Source: an uncultured Nitrososphaeraceae archaeon (GTDB taxonomy: Archaea; Thermoproteota; Nitrososphaeria; Nitrososphaerales; Nitrososphaeraceae). From it: a stretch of 64,000 nucleotides of DNA. Of this stretch, positions 9,905 through 20,766 are shown piece after piece. Positions within the stretch are counted from its first letter, which is position 1. Each line of letters begins with the position of its first letter. Below the pieces are notes generated by a model. It was not told the DNA's origin. It did not search any database and saw nothing but the letters and a program-made list of their open reading frames with translations. Position numbers and translations under genes: made by a program. The stretch lies in NCBI GenBank assembly GCA_963779615.1, contig CAVZZA010000003.1:864001-928000 (forward strand). Reading direction: 5' to 3'.

Positions 9905-11251
9905 TTATTTTTTTTTCTTAAACCATCCAAACAATCCTTTTTTCTCCCTGAGATCAGAATCGTTATCAATATTTGTTTTAATTTTTTCTTCTACTTCTAA
10001 TTTTTTGTCGTCAGTGGTAGTATTATCGCTTTCCTGGGTAGCAGGCTCTACCGCTTTCATGTTTGCATCATGAATGGAGCCACCAAATTCTTCGATATCA
10101 CTTTCCGATTTCAATTCCGGGATGATATTGGTTGATTCAATAATACTTTTTTGCTCATTTTTTTTATCTTTATCAGCAGTTACCGAATCCATACTATTTT
10201 TATCATCATTAAAACCATTAACTCCTGTAAGTCTTGAAACAGATTTTATTGTTTTTATTTCTGCATTATCAAAAGAATTAGAATTTTTTTCTATCTCAGG
10301 ATCATTATGTAAAGGAATATCGCCAGAGATTGATAATGAATCGTTATTGAAAATTGCATCTATAAATTTTTCATTATTAAATAAAATTAAATCATCATAT
10401 CCTTGTCCCATACCAAGATATACTATAGGTTTAGATGTAATATAAGAGATAGATATCGCAGCCCCTCCCTTCGCATCAGCATCTGATTTTGTCAGGATTG
10501 CGCCATCAAATTCAGTATACGAAAAAAATTCCCTAGCCTGGTTTATAGTATCGTTACCAGCAAGTGAATCTCCAATAAATAATTTTATATCAGGCTTTAT
10601 AACTTTAACAATTTTTCCTATTTCATACATAAGATTTTTTGCCGTTTGCATTCTTCCAGCTGTATCAATCAAAACGGTATCGACATAGTGTTTTTTAGCA
10701 TATTCTAATGCATCTCTAGACACAGCTGATGGATCAGCACCATACCTTTGAGAAATAATCTTTATAGAGAGATTTTCAGCATGTTTGGTGATTTGCTCTA
10801 TTGCGCCAGCTCTATGAGTATCTGCTGCGGCAATAACTACAGAAAAACCATTTTTTTTTAGTAAATTTGCGACTTTAGCTACAGTAGTTGTTTTTCCAGT
10901 TCCATTAATCCCAAGAAAAACCATTACAAATGGACCATCTTTTTTCTGTTTTTTTTCTTGAATCATACCTAACAAATCAATTGATCCTGCCTTAGACAAT
11001 ATTTCCGAAAAATTATTCTTTAGAGTAGACGCAATAATTTTCTCTGCAGTTTCATTTTTTTGAATCTTCATTCCAACTAAGTTATTTTTTATTTGCATTG
11101 AAAGATCATCAATAACTTCTTGCGAAACATCACTTTCCAAAAGAGCAACTTGTAAATCAAAAAGACTTTCCTCTAAATCCTTTTCAGAAAGCTCCTTTTG
11201 ACTGATACTTTTGGTAGCATTAGAAAAAGCGCGTTTTAATTTATCAAACAT
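9905..11251 (-). CDS. ftsY: Signal recognition particle receptor FtsY with C-terminal acidic extension
   Basis: GINGTGKTTT, DTHRAGA, DTAGR, TKSD, GQGYDDL; ~150-aa low-complexity tail. Confidence 0.95.
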   Translation of the reverse strand: MFDKLKRAFSNATKSISQKELSEKDLEESLFDLQVALLESDVSQEVIDDLSMQIKNNLVGMKIQKNETAEKIIASTLKNNFSEILSKAGSIDLLGMIQEKKQKKDGPFVMVFLGINGTGKTTTVAKVANLLKKNGFSVVIAAADTHRAGAIEQITKHAENLSIKIISQRYGADPSAVSRDALEYAKKHYVDTVLIDTAGRMQTAKNLMYEIGKIVKVIKPDIKLFIGDSLAGNDTINQAREFFSYTEFDGAILTKSDADAKGGAAISISYITSKPIVYLGMGQGYDDLILFNNEKFIDAIFNNDSLSISGDIPLHNDPEIEKNSNSFDNAEIKTIKSVSRLTGVNGFNDDKNSMDSVTADKDKKNEQKSIIESTNIIPELKSESDIEEFGGSIHDANMKAVEPATQESDNTTTDDKKLEVEEKIKTNIDNDSDLREKKGLFGWFKKKK

Positions 11252-11323
11252 ACAAAATCACCAACTATCAAAATATAAATATCATATTTAGTGGAAAAAC
11301 ATCAATAGAATGTATAAATCAGG

Positions 11324-11812
11324 TCAATGATAAAGGTGACCAGAATTCTCGGAAGGATTATAATCTTGGCCTTGTGTTTGACCTACATACGAATTAACAG
11401 TATTCTGGATTTCCATCATACGATAGGAAATTTGTTGTTTTTGAGATGATAACTGCTTTGCTGCAGTTTCAAACTCTTTAGATCGTTGTTCGATAAAATT
11501 AATAGCATCATCTTTTTTCTTCTCAACCACTGCACCAGCACCAACATTTACAAGAACTTTATCTATCGGGTAAACTTTACTTTTTACATATACTCCTATA
11601 CCAAGTGGAACTAATGTAGAAGTATCTGAATCTACAGATAAATTTTTTATCGCTTCAAAGGAATTATGAGACTCTTCTAACAGTTTATGCAACAATGACT
11701 CTTTGGATACGATATCATTATAATAGGATTCGAGTAATTTGGATTCTTGTATCATCTCATTGATAGAATGCTCTGTCATACTACGATTATTTTCTGCACC
11801 AGCTGTTGCCAT
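11324..11812 (-). CDS. pfdA: Prefoldin alpha subunit
   Basis: LVPLGIGVYV..VLVNVGAGAVVEK hairpins between coiled coils; conserved position upstream of ftsY. Confidence 0.9.
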   Translation of the reverse strand: MATAGAENNRSMTEHSINEMIQESKLLESYYNDIVSKESLLHKLLEESHNSFEAIKNLSVDSDTSTLVPLGIGVYVKSKVYPIDKVLVNVGAGAVVEKKKDDAINFIEQRSKEFETAAKQLSSQKQQISYRMMEIQNTVNSYVGQTQGQDYNPSENSGHLYH

Positions 11813-11879
11813 AATACAAATAATTTAATCACCATATTATAACCTTGACCTTAAAAAACAATGGCTGTGTTTCACATAA

Positions 11880-12470
11880 TCATCATTCATTAACACAATA
11901 GTCAACAAATACATATTGAACCAATGTATCACAAGTTTTAATTTGCAAGTCTTTTTCTTTTGTAGAGAAAGTAGTGACATTAAAGCAGCTCAGTATTTGG
12001 TATTATTCTATTATAGATTGTATTATTGCTCTTTCAATAATACCTATCTCATATTATGAATTCAGGTCACTCTACACATCTATAAAACTACTAAATATTC
12101 TGAATATCATGCAATGTCTTTTTGGTAAGACAATGTTTCCCATATCAATTAATCAAATACATGAGAAATTTTCAATATCAACAAGCATTTTTCTTTTAAA
12201 TGAAAAGTAAATATCGTAAATTTTTTATAAGTAGATTCAATTGCAAGCCTAAATCAAGGTAAATGTATTTTCAACTTTTAACTTTATATAATATTCGATT
12301 CGTTGTAGGTTCAGTATTTTTCGTATTTTTTTCTTCTGCAACATTTACGGCGTCATTTAAAGTTTGAATCACTTTTAAATGGTTGGGATTGGATTGGTTT
12401 TGACAAAACAAGATAATTGTTGCTAAGTCTTCTTAATGGAAGACCAATGAGGTACAACTTTAATGTGTAT
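11880..12470 (-). pseudogene. Heavily decayed IS6-family transposase relic
   Basis: Minus-strand fragments LYLIGLPLRRLS, LAIES, SFKRKMLV, IIERA, KTCKLKLVIHWFNM in the expected order. Confidence 0.5.
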
Positions 12471-12591
12471 ATAATATATTTGAGAGATATTATTTCAGTA
12501 CTATCACAGATAATAAAATTTTCCAAAAAAAAATTGAATAACTATAACCGTGGAAAAACTAGTATATTATATGAAAGAAATATTTTTATCC

Positions 12592-12756
12592 TTATTCAGT
12601 TTTCTTTTTTGTATCGCTTTTTGATCTAAATAGCGCTTTCAATTTGTCTACATTTGTAGTTAGTGCTTTTATAGTTTCTTCAATTTTTTTTATATCATTC
12701 ATTGCTGATTGTTCTTTTTTATCACTGTTTGATTTTTCAGATTTTTTTGTACTCAT
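12592..12756 (-). CDS. Putative 54-aa basic coiled-coil microprotein
   Basis: MSTKKSEKSNSDKKEQSAMNDIKKIEETIKALTTNVDKLKALFRSKSDTKKKTE, translated by hand; below the ORF-track cutoff. Confidence 0.45.
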   Translation of the reverse strand: MSTKKSEKSNSDKKEQSAMNDIKKIEETIKALTTNVDKLKALFRSKSDTKKKTE

Positions 12757-13062
12757 ATATTTTGCTAATCGTTAATCTTTAAATACAATATGTTTCTTTT
12801 TTTTAGAAAAAAGTATCATTAAACCTTTATTCTATATTAATGAATCTATTTCCCTTTTTAAATTATAAGAATAGTTTTTTTAAAAATCCGATTAATTAAA
12901 TTTGAAGATATGAAACATACTGTTATAATTTATTATAGATGTTATCATAGGATTTAAGCAATTTTACTCTGGTTTCTAAACCTCAATCTTCCAGCGATAC
13001 AATTATTGAAACCACCTAAACCAACAAGAATATATTAATATTGTAAAAAATAAAAATCATTA

Positions 13063-14109
13063 TTGGTACAAATTTTTCTTAACGGATATGGAAATATTGG
13101 AAGACGTATAGCTACGGCATTATCAAAAGATAAGTCGATCAAATTAGTTGGTATCGCAAAGTATTCACCTGATGAGGAAACTGAAAACGCAATAAATAAA
13201 GGGTATAGTGTTTTTGTTCCCAAAGAACTTGAAAAGCAATTCCAAAATAAAAACTACATGATCAGCGGTACAGTCGAGGAAGCAATAAAGCAAGCCGACA
13301 TTGTCATTGACGCTGCAAAAGAAGGTAAAGGATTCCAAAATAAGAGGAAATATTACATACCATTAAAGAAAAAAGCTATTTTTCAAGGTGGAGAGGACAG
13401 GAATGGAAGATTGTCCGTGGCAAACATAATTCACAACTCCAGAGTCAATTATAATAATACACAAGACCAAGATTATGTAATTCAAGGAAGTTGTAATGTA
13501 ACTGGCATGGGTAGAATAATTCAACCTCTTATTGAAAATTACGGTGATTCGATCGCAAGATATGATGTTAACCTGGTCAGAAGATCTGCAGATTTAGAAG
13601 ACACAAAAGAGATTAAAGACTCTATCGAATGGGACAAACAACCCCATCACCAAGATGATGTAAAAGATTTCATTCCTTCAATAAATTTGTATGTTGATTC
13701 ATTAAAAGTTCCTTCCAGAATGATGCACCTCCATCAAATGGCAATAAGATTTAAAGATAAACCCCCGTCAAAAGACAAAATTCTAGAAATTTTTAATAAA
13801 GAATATGGTGTTGCTGTCATCGACAAAGCAAACGGTACAGCAGACATAAGAAAGAAAGCCATAGAGTTAAACTTTGACCATGGTGATACTGGCATGGTTC
13901 ACATTCATAAAGAAATTCTAAAAATTCAAGATGACATCGTAAAGATATCTTATTCTGACGATCAAACTGGAATGGTAATACCAGAAAATTATATGCTCCT
14001 CCAATCGATGGTTTTTAAGAAGTCAAAAACAGAAGCATTGAAGCAGACAGATAAAATATTCAACATTAAAAAGAAAAGGAAAGTGCTGGAAGAAGAATTT
14101 CAAACATAA
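13063..14109 (+). CDS. gap: Archaeal type II glyceraldehyde-3-phosphate dehydrogenase
   Basis: NGYGNIGRRIA, AIFQGGE, catalytic SCNVTG, RRSAD, PHHQDDV. Confidence 0.9.
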   Translation: MVQIFLNGYGNIGRRIATALSKDKSIKLVGIAKYSPDEETENAINKGYSVFVPKELEKQFQNKNYMISGTVEEAIKQADIVIDAAKEGKGFQNKRKYYIPLKKKAIFQGGEDRNGRLSVANIIHNSRVNYNNTQDQDYVIQGSCNVTGMGRIIQPLIENYGDSIARYDVNLVRRSADLEDTKEIKDSIEWDKQPHHQDDVKDFIPSINLYVDSLKVPSRMMHLHQMAIRFKDKPPSKDKILEIFNKEYGVAVIDKANGTADIRKKAIELNFDHGDTGMVHIHKEILKIQDDIVKISYSDDQTGMVIPENYMLLQSMVFKKSKTEALKQTDKIFNIKKKRKVLEEEFQT

Positions 14110-14627
14110 TTAAAATTTTTCAACAAATAGGAAAAATCGAGTAAAGAGATATTTACAGTCGATAAACAAAACAATGCTAATTTTTATAATTTATAATTTA
14201 TAGAAAATAGTAACATAATGAATAACATAAAAATTAAATGGTATTTAATTTTATAAAACTAATTAAAACACAGTAAAAAAAAGTTAAATTAGGCTCAACT
14301 TTAGTTTTTTTTAAGGTCTTGTATTAATATGATTTTTCACGACAATAACAAATAAGACATTCTATGTGAACTTTAATCATGCAAAATAGCGGTGATTTCT
14401 TTGAACATTCAATAAACATATTTGACAAAAAAAATATTTCTCAAGTCAACCGAATTTAAAACCTAGCAGTAAAAGTTAATCTGAAAGGAAGGAGAACCGA
14501 TGGTTACTACCACTGTTACTACTGATTGTATTCAACTATGGATATAAATTGGCATCATTTTGTTAGATAATTTTTTTTTGCTATTGAATTTATCAAAAAA
14601 AGAAGAAACGATGATGTGACATAATTT

Positions 14628-16145
14628 TCAATTATTTTTTATTCCGAATATACGGTCAAAATAATCAGAGGGTTCTGACAATAATCCTGTGGAAGTGTTC
14701 TCACCTTCTTTTATGTTAGCCAAATTTCTTGCCAATTTTTTCTTGTATTCTAACTGCATTTGTCTTGCAATTTGGATACGTTGAGCCTGCGGAGATCCAG
14801 CACCATGCATAGATTCAGTCAAGTAGCCTACCGCATTTCGCCCCATAGTCATATCTTCAATAAGCCTAGCTATTCGGACTTTATCTTCGGTGGCAACACC
14901 CTTTTTACCTTTCAAATATTTTTCCAAAAGGGGTCCGGTTACAGGGCTTCGAAAATCTTGTTCTGAAGGCATGGTAACCATTAGAGCTCCTGCAATATCT
15001 TGAGCGAGGCGTCCAATTTCATAAGGAAATCGAGTTACGTTATGTTTGCAAACATTCGCAAGCATTTCATCGTTAATGTAGTTGCCAGAGGGAGTTTTAT
15101 AGGCTTGGTGAGAAGAGGCAATTCCAGCAGCAAAGATAGTTTCATTCAGATGAGTCATTTCTATCAGTTTATCTTTGATATGGGAAGCATTTGTAATTCC
15201 ATTATATTCGGCAGCTGAGGCTGCAGCGCCAATCAATACGTCGCCAAGTCCTGTCTTACACACATAACTTCGCCTATGATAACAAGTAAACCTCTCAACC
15301 AAAGTGGCTGCAAAGTCCACCTCGCCATCCATAAAGATTAATTCGTTTGGAATAAACACATTGTCAAAAATAATCAATGCTTCCTGGCCTGAAAATTGAG
15401 CATTACCTGAATCAAGATCACCAGGTTCCATACTTCGAGTATCACAAGACTGTCGTCCATATATGTAAGTAATACCTTTTGCATCAACAGGGATTGCTCC
15501 AACTATAGCATAATCCCTATCTTCAGGCTTTAAGCGCATTGTGGGCATAACTATTAGCCAGTGAGAATTTATGCAACCTGTTTGGTGGGCTTTTGCCCCT
15601 TTAATGTAAACTCCTTTATCATCTCTTTTTACAATATGTACAAACATATCCGGGTCGTCTTGTTGAGACGGAGAAAGGCTACGATCGCCTTTAACATCAG
15701 TCATCGTTCCTCCAATGACCACATTCTCATACTGTATTTTTTTAATAAAATTAACTAGACGATCATGATAGGTTGCATTGTATTTTTTATCCATATCAAA
15801 TGTTGTAGAATATAAAGCATTTATTGCATCCATTCCTACACAGCGTTGAAAACAAGTTCCGGTTTTTTGACCTAACCTTCTTTGCATTCGATTTTGATTT
15901 ACCAGATCCTCAGCACTTTCAACAATATGTAAAAAACGGTTAACCTTTAACCCGGTTAAGGAAGACGTTGTAGAACCTAAATCAGGGTCGTCGACTGCCA
16001 AATCATACGTAGCAGCAAGGGCATTAATTGAAGGTCTGATCATAGGATGATCAACTGGCTCCTTCACCAATTCTCCAAAAAGATAAACTTGTAAATTTCT
16101 ATTTCTCAAACTGTCTATATATTCAGACCCATTTTTAATAGGCAT
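14628..16145 (-). CDS. abfD: 4-hydroxybutyryl-CoA dehydratase (3HP/4HB cycle)
   Basis: GTCFQRCVGMDA, MTDVKGDR, GAKAHQTG, YHRRSYVCK, ESMHGAGSPQAQR. Confidence 0.95.
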   Translation of the reverse strand: MPIKNGSEYIDSLRNRNLQVYLFGELVKEPVDHPMIRPSINALAATYDLAVDDPDLGSTTSSLTGLKVNRFLHIVESAEDLVNQNRMQRRLGQKTGTCFQRCVGMDAINALYSTTFDMDKKYNATYHDRLVNFIKKIQYENVVIGGTMTDVKGDRSLSPSQQDDPDMFVHIVKRDDKGVYIKGAKAHQTGCINSHWLIVMPTMRLKPEDRDYAIVGAIPVDAKGITYIYGRQSCDTRSMEPGDLDSGNAQFSGQEALIIFDNVFIPNELIFMDGEVDFAATLVERFTCYHRRSYVCKTGLGDVLIGAAASAAEYNGITNASHIKDKLIEMTHLNETIFAAGIASSHQAYKTPSGNYINDEMLANVCKHNVTRFPYEIGRLAQDIAGALMVTMPSEQDFRSPVTGPLLEKYLKGKKGVATEDKVRIARLIEDMTMGRNAVGYLTESMHGAGSPQAQRIQIARQMQLEYKKKLARNLANIKEGENTSTGLLSEPSDYFDRIFGIKNN

Positions 16146-16211
16146 ACTATAATTAGCAAAGGATGATATTTGAATATTCGCATAAAATTAGAAAAAATAA
16201 TTATTAAAATG

Positions 16212-16350
16212 TGCTTTGTTGCATGATTATTGTAAATCGTTTTTTGTTAGTGTTTTAGCTATTATCCAAAGAGTAACCAGTCATGATTTAATATGGATTA
16301 CCAGGAAGGTGGCATAGTTTTAACTGTATTTCGAATCTTACAGCAAAGCA
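16212..16350. mobile_element. MITE, subfamily B (139 bp) with 9-bp TSD
   Basis: TIRs TGCTTTGTTGCATGATT / AATCTTACAGCAAAGCA; perfect flanking direct repeat ATTAAAATG at 16203-16211 and 16351-16359. Confidence 0.88.
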
Positions 16351-16411
16351 ATTAAAATGATAAATCAACAATAAAAAAAAATTTATCCATAGATTCAGAA
16401 TCAAAACATAA

Positions 16412-16756
16412 TTGAATCAAATCAACAATCTTAAAGAAAGCATCATCAGTGCTCTGGAATTAAGTGAAGAAGAGGTAGAAATTTTTTTAGCATTGATAAA
16501 GGAAGGGAAAACATCATCAGTGAATTTTAAGAACCATTTTTTTTCTTCAGCAGAAAAAATGATAGAAAATTGTAAAAAGCTCGAACAAAAAGGAATGATA
16601 ATAGAGATAAAAGAAAATGAATTTCAGGTACTTCACCCAAGATTTGCAATAGTTAACAGATACAGAAGATTATGCGAGGAGAAAAACATCCAATTCAAGA
16701 AAAATTTAAAAATTGACAACATAGGAATAATGCTTGAAAATTATCAGAAAGCATAA
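16412..16756 (+). CDS. TrmB-like wHTH protein
   Basis: LELSEEEVEIFLALIKEG...CKKLEQKGMIIE...FQVLHP. Confidence 0.6.
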   Translation: MNQINNLKESIISALELSEEEVEIFLALIKEGKTSSVNFKNHFFSSAEKMIENCKKLEQKGMIIEIKENEFQVLHPRFAIVNRYRRLCEEKNIQFKKNLKIDNIGIMLENYQKA

Positions 16757-16809
16757 TAACCATTAGTGCAAGGGCTAAATAAGGGAAAAACCTTAAATAA
16801 ATATCTAGT

Positions 16810-17232
16810 ATGCAATCCTCATCTTCCAATAATCAAGACAAAATTGTTTACTTTGGTGTGATCAACATCAATGAATACGGTAAAAACATAGGAGCAGTTG
16901 ATGTATGGAGAAGTGTAATTACAAAAAAAATATTGTGTGAAGAGAAAAGGCTAGGTATTCTGGACATATCTGAAAATATCGGAATGCCAATTATAGATGA
17001 CAAAGAAATATGGGCGGTAGCAGTCAATAAGCATAGGAAAGGAAAAGATAGATGGAAATTAATAAAATTACCAGAAAAAGGTAAATTTGATTTTACAGAT
17101 ACTGATGATGAGACCAAGATATCGGTAAACGTTGGGAACTTAAGAATAATAGATCCAGATTGGTGGAGCTTTTTAGTTTCAAATAACATTAACAAAAGCG
17201 TAGAAATATCAGAAGAAAAAACACAGAAATGA
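16810..17232 (+). CDS. hypothetical protein
   Basis: 140-aa ORF with host-like codon usage; ATGA overlap with next gene. Confidence 0.7.
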   Translation: MQSSSSNNQDKIVYFGVININEYGKNIGAVDVWRSVITKKILCEEKRLGILDISENIGMPIIDDKEIWAVAVNKHRKGKDRWKLIKLPEKGKFDFTDTDDETKISVNVGNLRIIDPDWWSFLVSNNINKSVEISEEKTQK

Positions 17233-17546
17233 TATCCGATATTCCCGAAAAATACAATCAAATTAATTTCAAAATACATATCAAAAACGTAGCAGAAGGA
17301 GCGGTAGCTAGTAAGTTATCAGGATTTTTTTCAATTGACAACAATATATTTAATTTTAAAGCAGTAGCATTTGGAAGAATAGGAGGTCAAAACATTAACA
17401 TAAAGATATCTGATACAAAATATAATCAAATTAAAAATATGGGCATGGATCCTGAAGTAATCTTAAGCATAATTCAAAAAAAGATAATTGAAGGAGATAT
17501 AACTTTTGACGAAAAAGATTTGAAAAGAAGAACAGAAATGGAATAG
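17229..17546 (+). CDS. hypothetical protein
   Basis: 105-aa ORF translationally coupled to the previous gene; AVAFGRIGGQN motif. Confidence 0.7.
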   Translation: MISDIPEKYNQINFKIHIKNVAEGAVASKLSGFFSIDNNIFNFKAVAFGRIGGQNINIKISDTKYNQIKNMGMDPEVILSIIQKKIIEGDITFDEKDLKRRTEME

Positions 17547-17556
17547 ATGATACTAA

Positions 17557-18369
17557 TCACAGTAATGCCTCACTCAATGCAGAACCACAAGTACAATCAT
17601 TTCTACTATCAGATATTAATGGCACTAATTTTGAGATTATTGTCCGGGTAATTTCTGCATTCTTATGCAATGTTTCAATAACCTCTTTAGTGGATACAGG
17701 TTGTTCTGCCCAAACGTCATAATCCGTTATTGTTGAAATAGACAAATAACAAATTTCGCTTTCCCTGGCTAAAACACATTCAGGGATCAAAGTCATTCCT
17801 ATAATATCGGCATGATATACATCCTTAAATATTTTAGATTCTGACCGGGTGGAAAATCGTGGCCCTTCAACACAAACATAAGTTCCCTTATCATGAAATT
17901 TTATACCAAGATCATGGATGCATTTATTAGCGATTTTTCTTAAATATATACAAAAAGGATCTGCCATGGATATATGGCACACTTGTGAACCATCAAAGAA
18001 TGAATAATTTCTATTCTTTGTAAAATCAATAAATTGATCAGGCAACATTATATCTCCAGGAGCATAATTATAGTTTAGGCTACCTACCGCAGAAGGTGCG
18101 ATTATTCTCTTTACCCCCAGATCCTTTAAAGCCCATACATTAGCTCGATAATTGATCATATGAGGAGGAATTTTATGACCTTTACCATGCCTGGGAAGAA
18201 ATGCAATTTTTTTCTCACCGGCCATACCCACAATTATAGAATCGGATATAGGACCATAAGGAGTATGAGGTTTAATGGTTTTTATTTCCTGAAACAGGTC
18301 ATTATCGTATATACCAGTACCACCAATTATTGCGATCTCTACTGAATCCTTGTCTTTATTGTCACACAT
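17557..18369 (-). CDS. mtnP: S-methyl-5'-thioadenosine phosphorylase
   Basis: IIGGTG, PRHG..H..PPH.INYRAN, EGPRFST, IGMT..PE, TDYD. Confidence 0.95.
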   Translation of the reverse strand: MCDNKDKDSVEIAIIGGTGIYDNDLFQEIKTIKPHTPYGPISDSIIVGMAGEKKIAFLPRHGKGHKIPPHMINYRANVWALKDLGVKRIIAPSAVGSLNYNYAPGDIMLPDQFIDFTKNRNYSFFDGSQVCHISMADPFCIYLRKIANKCIHDLGIKFHDKGTYVCVEGPRFSTRSESKIFKDVYHADIIGMTLIPECVLARESEICYLSISTITDYDVWAEQPVSTKEVIETLHKNAEITRTIISKLVPLISDSRNDCTCGSALSEALL

Positions 18370-18903
18370 TTAATAAATCACCATCGAGTTAACAGAATAC
18401 CCTTTTTCCCGCAACAAATTTCCTCCGCCAAGTGAAGATAATTCCACTATAAATGCAAATCCAACTACATTGCCACCAAGCGTTTCCACTAATTTTGCTG
18501 CAGCAAGGGCTGTTCCGCCAGTTGCCAATAGATCATCAGCAATCAATACATCTTCGTCTTGTTTAATAGATTCGGACTGTAGCTCCATTATTGCGTTACC
18601 ATATTCTATATCATATGTTTGTTTTACTGTACTGCCGGGCAATTTTCCCGCTTTTCTTACCATAATTACACCTGTATTAAATTTCAGTCCTAATACTGTA
18701 GACAATATAAGCCCACGGGCTTCGATCCCAGCTACATAATTTATATGACTAGTTTTAAATCGTTCATAAAAATATTCGCCCATTAAGGCCAGCGATTGGT
18801 TGTCCTTAAACACTGGAGTAATGTCTCTAAATAAAACACCTTGTTTTGGGAAATCATGGTAATTTTTAATAAGACTTTGAATATGATTTTTATCCATATA
18901 CAT
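18370..18903 (-). CDS. apt: Adenine phosphoribosyltransferase
   Basis: DFPKQGVLFRDITP, GIEARG, RKAGKLPG, DDLLATGGT. Confidence 0.95.
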   Translation of the reverse strand: MYMDKNHIQSLIKNYHDFPKQGVLFRDITPVFKDNQSLALMGEYFYERFKTSHINYVAGIEARGLILSTVLGLKFNTGVIMVRKAGKLPGSTVKQTYDIEYGNAIMELQSESIKQDEDVLIADDLLATGGTALAAAKLVETLGGNVVGFAFIVELSSLGGGNLLREKGYSVNSMVIY

Positions 18904-19003
18904 AAACTTTTTTTATTTATACCCGTAAAAAACATTTCTAGAATAATCAATGGATATAAATAGTATTTATGTAGACAATGCGGAAAATAAATAGAGAATT
19001 CCT

Positions 19004-19609
19004 ATGAAATTATCCGATGCACGAAAAGATCAGTATAGAAAACTTGCAAAAGAAAATATGTACAGAAGTCGGGCGATATACAAATTATCTCAGTTGAACA
19101 AATCACACCATTTTCTAAAAGAAGGAATGAAAGTTATTGACATTGGAGCAGCTCCGGGGGGATGGCTACAGCTTGCTTCTAAAATAACCGGTTCAAAAGG
19201 CACTGTTATCGGAATAGATTTGAAAGAAATAGAACCGATCCCTAATGTAATCACAATTGTCGGAAGCATAGAAAACGAAAAAGATATAGACAAATTAATC
19301 AGCTTAATAAATGGCAAGGCAGACGTGGTATCTTCAGATTTAGCCCCAAATGTATCGGGTTTATGGGAGATGGATCACTTGAAACAAATAGATCTTACGA
19401 GAAAAGCATTGGAGTTTACAAAAATAGTATTGAAAGAAAATGGTTATGCGCTATACAAAGTTTTCCAAGGAGAAGACACTGCCGAATTTATAAATTATTT
19501 AAAAGAATTTTTTCTAAACGTAGTTATAACAAAACCTGACGCCAGCAGAAAACAAAGCAGTGAAATATACATATTATGCAAAAAACACAAAAAAAAATTA
19601 CAAAAATAG
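19004..19609 (+). CDS. rlmE: 23S rRNA Um2552 methyltransferase (RlmE/FtsJ)
   Basis: YRSRAIYKL, DIGAAPGGW, SDLAPNVSG, KP.ASR..SSEIY. Confidence 0.93.
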   Translation: MKLSDARKDQYRKLAKENMYRSRAIYKLSQLNKSHHFLKEGMKVIDIGAAPGGWLQLASKITGSKGTVIGIDLKEIEPIPNVITIVGSIENEKDIDKLISLINGKADVVSSDLAPNVSGLWEMDHLKQIDLTRKALEFTKIVLKENGYALYKVFQGEDTAEFINYLKEFFLNVVITKPDASRKQSSEIYILCKKHKKKLQK

Positions 19610-19643
19610 AGTAAAAAAGATCTTCAATTCAAATCATAAAGAA

Positions 19644-20766
19644 CTAAAGTAATTTTTCTGCCTCTTCAAGTTTGGAAACCTCACCATATTTATGAACAAG
19701 ACTCCTTAGTTTTTTTTGCGGGCCACCATTATCTAAAGACTCCTTTACGACGGATATTCCTTCTTTAAACGAATTTACCAAGTTTCCAGTTAATAATATT
19801 GCGGCACTGTTTAACAATACAACATTTTCCTTGTACTTGTTTGATTTAATTCCATAAATTACACGCATTGTTTCCATTACTGACTGGGACTTATTTTTTA
19901 CAGTAAGCTCATTCAATGTAGATTTTGGCAATCCAAGAATCAGAGGGCCCCAAAGTAAACTCTTTAAAAGAATATATGCCATTATCTTGAAGAGACACGT
20001 TGATAATGGTATTTTTACAACTAGTAGACAATTCATCCATTCCATCATGTGAATAAACAACCATAGCGTTTTTTAGCCCTAAAAGTGGTATCATTTTTGG
20101 TACAATATGTAATAAAATTGGATCGGAGACACCAATAACTTGACCATATAAGTTTGAACATGGATTGCATAGGGGGCCTATTTTATTGAAAATTGTACGC
20201 AAACCTAATTCTTTTCTCACATGTGAAGCATTTTTTAAACCAGGATGAAACTTGGGTGCAAAGATAAAACCAAAACCAAGTAATTCAATAGATTGAGCAA
20301 CCAAATTAGGTTCGATGTCTAAATTGTAACCCAAATATTCAAAAAAATCTGCACTTCCACTTTGACTTGATGAAGATCTATTACCATGTTTAGCAATAAC
20401 AACTCCATTACAAGAGCTTGCCACTAGAGCAGATGCAGTACTTATATTAAAAGTATTTAAAAAATCGCCCCCAGTTCCGCAATTGTCTATAATAGGAAGG
20501 TTGACAGATGGAGAAATTTTGATGGACTTAGATTTTATGGCTTTGACTGTTCCACTAATTTCATCTAAATTTTCACCATTTAACAATAAAGCCATCAAAA
20601 ACGCTGAAATAAATATTTCAGAACATTCACCATTAAGAATATTAAGAACAACATCAAAAATTTCTGTTCTACTAAGATTTTTTTTTTCAGCTAATTTTTT
20701 TAATATGCATTGGTTTTGAGTCCTATTTCCACCAAAGTAATCGAATTTTTGATTGGCGGTGTTCAT
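19644..20766 (-). CDS. trpD: Anthranilate phosphoribosyltransferase, +1 frameshift near 19940
   Basis: DNCGTGGD, KHGNRS, GSAD, NKIGPLCNP, DGMDEL; C-terminus (LGLPK..VLLNSAAIL) continues in another frame. Confidence 0.9.
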
